Both the position numbers and the translations under genes were made by a program. DNA of 64,000 nt from a virus. Of this stretch, positions 47,781 to 56,727 are shown in pieces; position 1 is the stretch's first letter, and each line of letters starts with the position of its first letter. Location of the stretch: IMG/VR virus record IMGVR_UViG_3300035137_000073, positions 3,918 through 67,917 of that record. One strand, given 5' to 3'. The notes under the pieces were generated by a model. That model was given only the letters and a program-made list of their open reading frames with translations, had not been told where the DNA came from and ran no database searches.

Positions 47781-48061
47781 ACCGTCGCTCGTTTCTGAAG
47801 TGGTCAACGGCGACAGCGGCGGCTCTGTGGTTGCCTTCAAGCGTGCGACCTCCGAAAGAGTGGGAGGTTGTTTATACCAACCCCTACGAAGCCTTGGCCG
47901 AGCGTATTTTCGCCCAGCTGTGGGAAACGTGGAAGGCGCTCGAGTCAGGTTGCGCGATTCACGGTACCGAGTCGGGGGTTGTCAGTCGTAAGGTGCCGAA
48001 CGAGGCGCTTGCTGTTTCCATAGAGCGCACCCTCCAAGTTTCCGTGCCGGTGGTAGGATGA
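47777..48061 (+). CDS. Small protein with canonical twin-arginine signal
   Basis: MNRRSFLKWSTATAAALWLP; coupled to terL by ATGA. Confidence 0.6.
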   Translation: MNRRSFLKWSTATAAALWLPSSVRPPKEWEVVYTNPYEALAERIFAQLWETWKALESGCAIHGTESGVVSRKVPNEALAVSIERTLQVSVPVVG

Positions 48062-49830
48062 CTGCGCGCGGCGGGTGGACGAAGGCGGCGATCGAGCAGG
48101 AACGGGAGCGAGCCCGGGCTGCGAAGGCGAAAGCGCAGTATGAAGGAATATGGGTCAGCTCGACTCAGGCTCATGTCGAGTACCAAACGCGGCCTCTTGA
48201 TTGGATAGAAGAAAAGCTGGGTGTCCCGCGACATACGCTCGTGTGGTCGCTCAACGAGGGCTACGAAGGCCACAAGTGGGACGGTGACGAAGATCCCCTA
48301 CTGAAGATTCTTGAGGCCATCGCCGACTGGAAAGACGTTGGGGTCGAATCCGCGACGGGGCCGGGCAAGACGTTTCTTTCGGCCTGTATTACGCTGTGGT
48401 TCCTAGCGTGCTTCCCGGACTCTCTTGTCCCTACGGTCGCTCCTAAGGCGAGTCAGTTGCTCGGCCAGATCTGGAAGGAAATCGGGAAGCTGTGGCCGAA
48501 GTTCAAGATCCACTTCCCGCAAGCGGAGTTACTGACTGGCGTTCTCCGCATGAAGCCGGCGGTTGAGGAAAAAGAGGTTTGGGCGGCTTGGGCGTTTGTC
48601 TGCGGCGTCGGGGCGAACGAGGAGTCGGCGACGAAGGCGCAGGGTATCCACGGTGAGCATGTGCTGTTCATCACTGAGGAAACGCCCGGCATCAACTCGG
48701 CGATCATGGTGGCGATCAGCGAGACTCGGACGGACGACCACAACCTCCATCTTGCCCTTGGGAACCCGGACCATCAGCAAGATGAGCTCCACAAGTTCTG
48801 CACTGACGAGGATGTCGTTCACATCCGGATCAGCGCATTCGATCATCCGAACATCGTTACGGGCAGACGCATCGTACCTGGTGCGATTGGCCTGAATCGG
48901 CTCAACAAGCGAATTCGGAAGCTTGGTAAGGGTAGCAGGCTCTACGAGTCGCGTATCCGCGGTATATCGCCTAAAGAAGCTGAGGACGCGCTTATCAAAT
49001 GGGCGTGGTGCGTCGCGGCGGCAAATCGCTACGGTGACGATCGGTTCCGGCAGGGCGACCTCGCGCTAGGCGTCGATGTCGCCGACACGCCTTCGGGGGA
49101 CAACGCCTCGATCGCTCGAGGTCAGGGTGCATGCCTCACCGAAGTCGAAAGCTTCAAGGTCAAGGAGGATGCTGGCGAGATAGGGCCGCGAGTCTACAAG
49201 GAAGCAACCGATCGCGAGAATCCGATCGAGCCCAAGCGCATCGGAGTCGATAGCGTCGGAGTCGGTGCTTCGGTGGTGAACGACCTCCGGAAGTTGGGGA
49301 TGAGGATCAAGAAGGTGTCGGGGAATGCCAAGGCAATCCCCGAAATGGACGTGGAGTCGCGCTGGAGTGCCACCGACGTGCGTGAGGATGGAACTATAAA
49401 AGCTGCCGGCCCTAAGGTTGTTGAGACGGAGGAGTACGACAATCTGCGGAGTCAGGTGTGGTGGCGGATGCGCGAGGACCTGCGTCTTGGCCGGATCGCA
49501 TTGCCGAACGACGAGATGCTGTTCCAAGACCTCACGACCCCGACATACGAGACGCGGAACGGCGCCATCTGCGTGGAATCCAAGCGAGAGATCAGGAAAC
49601 GGCTAGGTCGGAGCCCTGATAAGGGGGATGCGGCCTGCTACTGGAATTGGGTGCGGGACCGGCGACCGATGAGGCGCGAAGCGTCTGAAGAAGAGATGAA
49701 AGCTGCGGGCATCGTTGTCCCAGGCCCCAACCGTGATATCGGCCTGGAGAAGATGTTCAAGCGCATGAAGAGAGAGCAGGCCATCAAAGAACGGCAAATG
49801 GCTCGGATGTTCAGACCAAGGAGAAGATGA
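48058..49830 (+). CDS. terL: Terminase large subunit
   Basis: Walker A SATGPGKT, Walker B VLFITEE, motif III LGNP, nuclease LGVDVA, VDSVGVG, GRSPDKGDA. Confidence 0.93.
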   Translation: MTARGGWTKAAIEQERERARAAKAKAQYEGIWVSSTQAHVEYQTRPLDWIEEKLGVPRHTLVWSLNEGYEGHKWDGDEDPLLKILEAIADWKDVGVESATGPGKTFLSACITLWFLACFPDSLVPTVAPKASQLLGQIWKEIGKLWPKFKIHFPQAELLTGVLRMKPAVEEKEVWAAWAFVCGVGANEESATKAQGIHGEHVLFITEETPGINSAIMVAISETRTDDHNLHLALGNPDHQQDELHKFCTDEDVVHIRISAFDHPNIVTGRRIVPGAIGLNRLNKRIRKLGKGSRLYESRIRGISPKEAEDALIKWAWCVAAANRYGDDRFRQGDLALGVDVADTPSGDNASIARGQGACLTEVESFKVKEDAGEIGPRVYKEATDRENPIEPKRIGVDSVGVGASVVNDLRKLGMRIKKVSGNAKAIPEMDVESRWSATDVREDGTIKAAGPKVVETEEYDNLRSQVWWRMREDLRLGRIALPNDEMLFQDLTTPTYETRNGAICVESKREIRKRLGRSPDKGDAACYWNWVRDRRPMRREASEEEMKAAGIVVPGPNRDIGLEKMFKRMKREQAIKERQMARMFRPRRR

Positions 49831-49833
49831 GAT

Positions 49834-50379
49834 ATGGCGACGAAAAAGAAGAGCGTGAAGAAAGCGGCGAAGAAGAAGGCTCCGGCGAAGCGGAAGAAGA
49901 CGGCAGCGAAGAAGCTGACCCCCCCGCGAGGAGCGGCGGTTCTGGGTCGCGACCGGAGCTCGGCTGGCGATCGGGAATTTGATGGCGGTCGGCGCTATTC
50001 ATCCCGACAAAGCCAAACTGGTGCAGAACTGGATGGAGGACAAGCGTTTCGTTGGCCTCAAGATCGGCGATCTCATGATCTTCCCGCCCGAGTTGCCGTG
50101 ATGTTCTGGGGTCGCCAGAAGGATCCTCTCATCGAAGAATTTCACGATGAGGGGATGCTGCTGTTGCGCGAGCAAAGGCATGCTCGCGGTGAAATGGTGG
50201 GACTGAACATGGGAGGGGTTCGTATCGACCGCCCATCCGAGAACGCGTCGGTTGAGCAGAAGGCGGATTTCGGGCACATGACATGGCTGTTCATACAGCA
50301 CGTGGCCGGGAAAATGACGTGGGACGATTGCCACGACGACATCATGGCCTACAGAGAGCGATGGGAACATACGAAATGA
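49834..50379 (+). CDS. Hypothetical protein with histone-H1-like basic N-terminus
   Basis: KKKSVKKAAKKKAPAKRKKTAAKK. Confidence 0.6.
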   Translation: MATKKKSVKKAAKKKAPAKRKKTAAKKLTPPRGAAVLGRDRSSAGDREFDGGRRYSSRQSQTGAELDGGQAFRWPQDRRSHDLPARVAVMFWGRQKDPLIEEFHDEGMLLLREQRHARGEMVGLNMGGVRIDRPSENASVEQKADFGHMTWLFIQHVAGKMTWDDCHDDIMAYRERWEHTK

Positions 50380-50714
50380 CTCGTTGGCAGAGGTTCTACA
50401 AAGCGATCGGTGGATTGGGGCCTGATGATCCTCACGAATCATCGAGGCAGGCACTTCGGCTGTCGACGCCTGTCCTGCGTGAATTCCACGGACCAACGGA
50501 GATCGCACGATTCTTGATGTGGTTGGGTTTCTTGGCATACGATCCGGGCATTCCCGACTATCGAGCGGGGTTTTTCTACTGCATGAAATGGCAGTGGAGA
50601 TTTTGGAAGGGTCCGTACCACGATTACATAGTCGCCGGGGCACCTATAGGAAGTCTTGATAGGAGCAAAGCAAAGTGGTTGCGGGTCCCAGCGCCCTGGA
50701 CAGATCGCTATTGA
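50376..50714 (+). CDS. Hypothetical aromatic-rich protein
   Basis: ATGA overlap. Confidence 0.5.
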   Translation: MTRWQRFYKAIGGLGPDDPHESSRQALRLSTPVLREFHGPTEIARFLMWLGFLAYDPGIPDYRAGFFYCMKWQWRFWKGPYHDYIVAGAPIGSLDRSKAKWLRVPAPWTDRY

Positions 50715-51274
50715 TGGGACACAAGGCCGTCGTAAATCCGCCACAGCCCAAGCTGAACTTCCATGTCGATGAGAAGAACGGTTTGCTTTGGATCATTCAC
50801 CGAAAGGTGGCGGGCAGTTCGATCCGGAAAGCCCTGGGGATTCGTCGGATGATTCGGGCCGAGGAAGCGATACCGTACAACCTAACGCTCCGGACCATCA
50901 CGGTCGTTCGGCATCCGTGGGACAGGCTCACGTCGGGTATGTTCAATCCCTACTACGTGTCCCCAGAGCATTTCGCGCACCGGATTCACGAGGAGATTCT
51001 GAATCGCGAAGGGCCGCATGCTGTCGACTGGCACCTGTGGCCGCAATCGTATGTGACAAAAGGGTTTAGGATCGACGACGTGGTGTTGTTCGAGCACCTA
51101 CAGGAACGATGGGACGGGTTGCGTGAGGAGTACGACCTACCTGCCCTAGAGCATGTCAATCGCGGGAATGGCCACGATTGGCGATGTCCGGGCGGGACGC
51201 CGTTCGACTGGACGCCGTTTTTGCCGTGGTACGAGAAGGACTTTGAGTATTTCCCCGATTGGGAGAGAGCATGA
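50714..51274 (+). CDS. Sulfotransferase (family 2-like)
   Basis: 5'-PSB-like HRKVAGSS, 3'-PB-like VRHPWDRLTS, H..PQ, FE.L, H.N. Confidence 0.8.
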   Translation: MGHKAVVNPPQPKLNFHVDEKNGLLWIIHRKVAGSSIRKALGIRRMIRAEEAIPYNLTLRTITVVRHPWDRLTSGMFNPYYVSPEHFAHRIHEEILNREGPHAVDWHLWPQSYVTKGFRIDDVVLFEHLQERWDGLREEYDLPALEHVNRGNGHDWRCPGGTPFDWTPFLPWYEKDFEYFPDWERA

Positions 51275-51621
51275 GCAACGTCGATCCTGCTGATTTCGAG
51301 ATGTTGAGGCCAGCCGTTACTGGTGATGGATTGATTGAGATTTCGGGTGACGCCGTGCGTATCTTAGCTGAAATGGCAAAAAACACATCTGACTACTTCG
51401 AGAAGTGCGCCACCCGCGACATGACCCCTGATGTTGCAAAAGCTATACGTATTTGGCGCGTGCAGTCTGGGTACACATGGAGAGCGGTGGCTCGATCGGC
51501 GCATGACGAATTCAATTTTACCTGGATCGAGCCGCCGTACAACCAGTTGGCCGGCGTGGCATTGTGTGAAGTTGCGGCCGCCCTCTTTAACGAAGACGGT
51601 CAACAAGGACCGTGGAATTGA
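51271..51621 (+). CDS. Hypothetical protein (HTH-like)
   Basis: ATGA overlap; R...GYTWRAVA...NQLAG..LC. Confidence 0.55.
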   Translation: MSNVDPADFEMLRPAVTGDGLIEISGDAVRILAEMAKNTSDYFEKCATRDMTPDVAKAIRIWRVQSGYTWRAVARSAHDEFNFTWIEPPYNQLAGVALCEVAAALFNEDGQQGPWN

Positions 51622-51660
51622 TCAAATGAATCCTCCGCAGACGAAGGAACGGGGCGCAGC

Positions 51661-51987
51661 ATGAATCTTCGTTGGCCGTGGGTGTCGCGCCTAGCCTACG
51701 AAACGGTTGCAGACGAACGTGACCGGCTCCGGGAGAAAAACGACGAACTGATGGCGCATATCGTTCGGATGGACCGTCTTGAGCATGGCGTCGGAGAAGT
51801 TCCTCGAGGGCCGAAGAAGCCGCGAGAACCGATGCCACGGCGCCTGATGCGGCATCTCAAGTCATTCGATAATTCGGCGATGGCACACGAACTCATTGAG
51901 CAGTGCGTTGGTCGTCACAGGACCGGTGAGTCTTGGGAAAGCATCGAATCCGACATGTTACCGAAGGAGTCAGGCGATGGGCCATAA
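51661..51987 (+). CDS. Hypothetical protein
   Basis: ORF in operon order. Confidence 0.55.
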   Translation: MNLRWPWVSRLAYETVADERDRLREKNDELMAHIVRMDRLEHGVGEVPRGPKKPREPMPRRLMRHLKSFDNSAMAHELIEQCVGRHRTGESWESIESDMLPKESGDGP

Positions 51988-52240
51988 AAGCAGAGGTAGG
52001 CAGCCGCAGCGTGATGTGAAGGCAGCGCAGTCTGTCATGCAGCGCGATCAGGCGAATCAGGTTTTTGACAGGCTAAAGCAGGACGTGTTGGCTGAAGTCG
52101 GCGAGCGGATGGCGTTGGTGTTCAGGAGATACCATAGAAAACATATCGAGCCGGTTCTGGCGCGTTTGGAGCGGATTGAGGAGCATTTGGGCCTGGAACC
52201 GATGCCAGGGCCCGAAGAGCCGGAGAGCGAAGAAGGGTGA
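51977..52240 (+). CDS. Hypothetical protein
   Basis: AAGGAG RBS. Confidence 0.55.
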   Translation: MGHKSRGRQPQRDVKAAQSVMQRDQANQVFDRLKQDVLAEVGERMALVFRRYHRKHIEPVLARLERIEEHLGLEPMPGPEEPESEEG

Positions 52241-52404
52241 ATGACTTCCTGAAGGGCCTGAAAAGCACCGCCATTTGGGCAATTCACATGATTGCTCGGA
52301 TCCTTGCCGAGGGATTCACCGGCAAGATCGAGATCGACTGTAGCCAGGGTGGAGTGACGGGAGTGCGGAGGACCGAAACGATGCGGCCTCCGAAAAAGAA
52401 CTAG
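52237..52404 (+). CDS. Small DUF2292/YezD-like protein (not in ORF track)
   Basis: ...LAEGFTGKIEIDCSQGGVTGVRRTET; GTGA overlap. Confidence 0.55.
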   Translation: MNDFLKGLKSTAIWAIHMIARILAEGFTGKIEIDCSQGGVTGVRRTETMRPPKKN

Positions 52405-52419
52405 ATATGGAGAATTGAA

Positions 52420-52641
52420 ATGAGCTCGGAATGGAAATCAGACCAGAACCCGCCGCCAAGGCTGAAGTACCTGAACCGTGACAACTCGAACGGATTCGTC
52501 GAGTGGCTGTATCTGTGGACCGCAGACATGGCGGAATGGGGCAAACGCGTCCGCAAGGACATCTTGAGGATCGAGGAAAAACTCGGCATCGAAAAAGGCG
52601 ACCCCGGCGACCCGCCAGGTGGACCGCCGAACGGAGACTGA
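52420..52641 (+). CDS. Hypothetical protein
   Basis: GGAG RBS. Confidence 0.5.
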   Translation: MSSEWKSDQNPPPRLKYLNRDNSNGFVEWLYLWTADMAEWGKRVRKDILRIEEKLGIEKGDPGDPPGGPPNGD

Positions 52642-52645
52642 GAGT

Positions 52646-52855
52646 ATGGCCAATGATTGGGACGATCCGGCAACGCATAAGAATTTGCTCTTTGTTGTAT
52701 GTATGCTTTGTCTGGTGATTGTATTCCGTAGTTGCGTGTCGAGTCATCGTGACAATCGCGACCGCCGTGAGCGCGATGAGCAGGTCGAGCAGTTACAATA
52801 CGACGTCGAGCGGCTGAAAGCTCGAACAGGAGTTCCGGTAGACAACGGGCGTTGA
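52646..52855 (+). CDS. Small single-TM coiled-coil protein
   Basis: Hydrophobic segment then charged helix. Confidence 0.5.
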   Translation: MANDWDDPATHKNLLFVVCMLCLVIVFRSCVSSHRDNRDRRERDEQVEQLQYDVERLKARTGVPVDNGR

Positions 52856-52973
52856 CCACACGAGTGAGCCAGGACACTTGACGAAACTGCCATTTTGACC
52901 GTAACTTGATGTCGTAACGGCAGTACAACAGCTACCGGACGGACACGATCCCGCTCAGATGCGGGGCAATCAT

Positions 52974-53014
52974 GGCCCCGGGACTCTTGTGAGTCTCGGG
53001 GTTTCTTGCGTTTG
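52974..53014 (+). terminator. Terminator-like hairpin in the leader of the portal gene
   Basis: CCCCGGGACTC-TTGT-GAGTCTCGGGG followed by TTTCTT. Confidence 0.5.
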
Positions 53015-53023
53015 CGGGACACA

Positions 53024-55246
53024 ATGACAGCGATCGCACCAACAGGACCGAATGTAGTGGTCGCGCCTCTGCCCGAGCAGAACGAGGTAGATGCTATTGG
53101 GGAACGTTCCGCCCGTGCAATCGCCGACGAAGTACTTCAACTCCACAAAAACGGCCTCCGAAGTCTCCGACAACGACACCTCATTAGTGAAAAGCTATTC
53201 CTTCATATAGATGGCAGCGGCGACATGCAGTACGCCGACATCTACCAGGGGCAGCGCATCGTCATTCCCCGAGATGCGTCGGGCGGTTACAGGCAATCGG
53301 AGAACTTGCTACGGATCGTCGTCGACAACGCCGTCGCCCACCACACCACAATGCCGCTTCGCTACTTCGCGGATTCCCTGCCCGACCGAGAAGCCAAAGA
53401 CAAAGCTCTCATCGACACCCTCTGGATGAACCACGTCGCACACCAACAGGACCTGAACGGCCTGTTCCGGGACGCGATGTATTCGGCGATGCCAGCCGGA
53501 TTCTGTCCGGTTCATGTGTGGTGGCGGTCGGATCAGCAGGATCAGTACGAGGCAGTGGGGCCCGCGGCGACGGACAGTCCTGAACGACAACTCATGCAGA
53601 TGATCGACCCGAAACCGGGGATGATTGATTGTTGGCTCGGGAATCCGCTCGACACGGTCTTTGATGTCGGTGCCAAACGGAGTTCGGCTCATTGGTGCTC
53701 GTACGGTCGTGTGTTGCCGGCGAAACTGGTACGGAACGCGTTTGGTCATTTACCTGGAGTCGCAGGGCTCGAGGGTACGCGTCGAATCCCTTCGGCGGCG
53801 CAATATCAGCGGCTCATTCGTGGGTGGCAGGGCGACGGTCTTTCGATGCACGGCTCTCCCGCCATTTCCGAGAGACGCGGCGAAAACGACGATGAGGAAC
53901 TGATGATCCTCGTCTGTCGGGAAGTCCTGCCGGGGATCGATGTCGATTGGCCGATGGGCCGGTTGCAGATCATCGCCGTCCCTGGCGCTGTCGATCTGAT
54001 GCGCGGCGAAGGAGCGGACCATGCGGTCTTGCTTGCCGATCAAGACCTACCTGGCGGCGACTACTCATGGACGAACTTCTACTCGCATCATCGTGGCGAC
54101 GACATCTACGGCAAGCCGTGGGTTGAAGATCTCGACGAGTATCAGGTTCGGCTGAACCTCGCCATTTCAAAGCACTACGCCTACACCGAGAAAATGCGCC
54201 AATCGCCCATGGTAGTTCCGGGCGGTGTTGTTGAGGACATGGCCGAGTACGACGGTTACAATGTCCTTGAAGTTGAAATCAGCCATACGGGATTCCGGCC
54301 ACAGGTAATCAAGCAACAGCCCGAAGTGCTGGCAGCACTGGAGCGCCAAGCTGACATGTGTCGCAGAGCGCTCTATACCGTAGGCGGATACCAGGCCGCA
54401 TCGCGTGGCGAGTCGTTGGGTTCTCGAACAGCAGCAAAGACCGTCATGGCGCTTCAAAACGCCGACAGCTCTATCCATAGCACGGTCAACCAGCGTTTCC
54501 GGCGCTCAGCCTGCGATTTCGCGGTTAAGTGTTGGAAGCAGTTCAAGATGTACGGTGACATTCCGTCGCTCATCGAAGCCGCTGGCGACGAGTACGGGTA
54601 CCTAGTCGAACCATATGTCGACAACACGAAGCTTTCCGATCGTCCTCCGAAATATCGTCTAGTCAACGCCTTTGGTCCGACGCCAGAAGCTGTATCGCAA
54701 GAGATCCTTCAGTTGGTGCAGATGCGCGGTGCCGATGGGCGACCGCTTCTCACAACAGAACGTGCGAAGCGGCTCTACCCCAATAGGGAAGTCATCGAAG
54801 ACGATGACGATGCCAAGGCGGTCGCGCGCCAGCGTGCCAAGATCATAGCCAAGGCGGCGATTCACCTAGCGGCTCAGGTTCGCGCCAACGGTATGCAGGA
54901 AACCGACCCGGGACATCCGTGGGTCAAAGAGGCGGCCCAGCAAGTCGCCATCGCACTCGAGCGGAAGTTCCCGAGACTTCGCGATGACGACCTGCCGGCC
55001 CATTTGGCAGCCTATTCGGCAGTCATACAGGACGAGACTGCCGATATCGTTGCCCGTTACGGTCTGATGCGTAGGCAAGACGCCTACTTCCAGTGGCAGG
55101 CCGAACGTGCACAGCAGCAGAGGCAGGCGATGGGTCAGTTACCTGGCCAGCAAACGACACAACCCCAACAGCCCAACGACGATGGACGCCGAGCGGTTGC
55201 CCAAGAGATGGCCACCGGAGGCGGGTCGCAGGCTGTGCTCGCGTGA
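53024..55246 (+). CDS. Portal protein
   Basis: About 740 aa, helical, first gene of the head module, Q-rich C-terminal barrel-like tail as in podoviral portals. Confidence 0.8.
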   Translation: MTAIAPTGPNVVVAPLPEQNEVDAIGERSARAIADEVLQLHKNGLRSLRQRHLISEKLFLHIDGSGDMQYADIYQGQRIVIPRDASGGYRQSENLLRIVVDNAVAHHTTMPLRYFADSLPDREAKDKALIDTLWMNHVAHQQDLNGLFRDAMYSAMPAGFCPVHVWWRSDQQDQYEAVGPAATDSPERQLMQMIDPKPGMIDCWLGNPLDTVFDVGAKRSSAHWCSYGRVLPAKLVRNAFGHLPGVAGLEGTRRIPSAAQYQRLIRGWQGDGLSMHGSPAISERRGENDDEELMILVCREVLPGIDVDWPMGRLQIIAVPGAVDLMRGEGADHAVLLADQDLPGGDYSWTNFYSHHRGDDIYGKPWVEDLDEYQVRLNLAISKHYAYTEKMRQSPMVVPGGVVEDMAEYDGYNVLEVEISHTGFRPQVIKQQPEVLAALERQADMCRRALYTVGGYQAASRGESLGSRTAAKTVMALQNADSSIHSTVNQRFRRSACDFAVKCWKQFKMYGDIPSLIEAAGDEYGYLVEPYVDNTKLSDRPPKYRLVNAFGPTPEAVSQEILQLVQMRGADGRPLLTTERAKRLYPNREVIEDDDDAKAVARQRAKIIAKAAIHLAAQVRANGMQETDPGHPWVKEAAQQVAIALERKFPRLRDDDLPAHLAAYSAVIQDETADIVARYGLMRRQDAYFQWQAERAQQQRQAMGQLPGQQTTQPQQPNDDGRRAVAQEMATGGGSQAVLA

Positions 55247-55284
55247 CATAAACGGCGCCGCGTACGTCGCGCCAAGGAGATGAG

Positions 55285-56682
55285 ATGACGAACCCAGCGA
55301 CGACTGAACCACAGGCAGCAGCAGAGGCCGCGCCCGAAGCCGCCGAAGCCGTGGAACAGATTTCCTCGACTGAAGTCCAGGAAACGACGCAAACGGAAGA
55401 AACACAGATCCAGAAGAAACCGATGTCGATGAAAGAAGCGCGACAGTCGGCGCGGGAACGTGCGCTTGCAATGCGTGACGCAATGCAGCAGAAGCAAGGA
55501 CAACAGGCAGGGGAACCAACGGAAGGTTCCGCGGAAACGGAGACGACAGAGGAGTCCGGTGCAACTGAAACGACCGAGCAGGTCGAAGCCCAACCCAAGT
55601 CGGATGAGAGCACAGAAGAAACTAAGCAAGAGCCTACGGGCCAACCTGAAGAAAAGCCAACTGAGTCTCAGACCTCCGAAGCGCAGGCTGGTGATAAGCC
55701 GCAGGAAACGCCTACGCAGCCGTCGTACATCACCATCGAAGTACCTCAAGACCATCCACTTGCTTCAGGTGGTGTCAAGGAGTTCGTAGCCAGAAACGAG
55801 TTCGAGGCACGTCAGATACGTGCGTTGATGAACGGATATGTGAGGCGCGGACAACTTGAAGAGGTGCAGTCTCGGAACGTCGAGTTACAGAGACAGATTG
55901 CGCGAAACGAAGCGGAACAAGAAGCGCGGCAGAAGTACGAACAGAGCGACCAGTACAAACAAGCGATGCAGGTCGCAGAAAACATCCGGCAGCAAGAAGA
56001 AGACGGTTTGACTCCGAAAGGAACGGCCGACGCGTATCTTGCTGGTACCCAGGCCGAGCGCCAGAGAATCGTTGAAGAGCTGTACCAAGAAAAAGCTCAT
56101 CAGATCGACGCCAAACAGGCCGAAGAAGCCGGCCAGCGCTGGACGCAAGAGGCGTACACTCGGGTTGCAGCGGCATTTCCACCAGCGGTGCAGCAACTAC
56201 CCGGATACAGGGATATCTTTGCCCGAGCTCTGCATACGTTCAATGCCGAGTTGGGGCTTGGCACACAGGGTAATTATGGCAACATCCAGCCCGGTGATAC
56301 CGAAGCAATGCATGTCGCTTTCGTAAAGCACTGCCGGTCTCGATTCGTTAACGAGCCCGCCGTGCGAAACATATTGAAACGAAACCTAGCACAAAAGCAG
56401 CAACAGCAGCAAACCGCCGCCAACGAGGCCGCGGCGAAGCAAGCAGAACTTGATCGCATCAGGCAGGAAGCGATCGAAGGGTACAAAAAGACACTCGCCG
56501 AACAGAACCAGACCAAGCCTAAGCCAAATCCGCTTGCGCAGGTGCCTGGTGCTACCCGCAGTCGTGTGCCCACGGAGTTAGGTGACGACGGGATAGACCT
56601 CTCGAAACTGCCTCCAAACGAACGAATGAAAGCTGCGCGCATGCGTGCTCGGCAACGAGGACGCGCAATGGAGCGCAAGTAA
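55285..56682 (+). CDS. Scaffolding protein
   Basis: Acidic disordered N-terminus plus coiled coil, between portal and capsid genes. Confidence 0.75.
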   Translation: MTNPATTEPQAAAEAAPEAAEAVEQISSTEVQETTQTEETQIQKKPMSMKEARQSARERALAMRDAMQQKQGQQAGEPTEGSAETETTEESGATETTEQVEAQPKSDESTEETKQEPTGQPEEKPTESQTSEAQAGDKPQETPTQPSYITIEVPQDHPLASGGVKEFVARNEFEARQIRALMNGYVRRGQLEEVQSRNVELQRQIARNEAEQEARQKYEQSDQYKQAMQVAENIRQQEEDGLTPKGTADAYLAGTQAERQRIVEELYQEKAHQIDAKQAEEAGQRWTQEAYTRVAAAFPPAVQQLPGYRDIFARALHTFNAELGLGTQGNYGNIQPGDTEAMHVAFVKHCRSRFVNEPAVRNILKRNLAQKQQQQQTAANEAAAKQAELDRIRQEAIEGYKKTLAEQNQTKPKPNPLAQVPGATRSRVPTELGDDGIDLSKLPPNERMKAARMRARQRGRAMERK

Positions 56683-56727
56683 AGGAGAAATCGAGAGCGC
56701 CGAGAAATCGGCGAGGAGTAACCGAAA

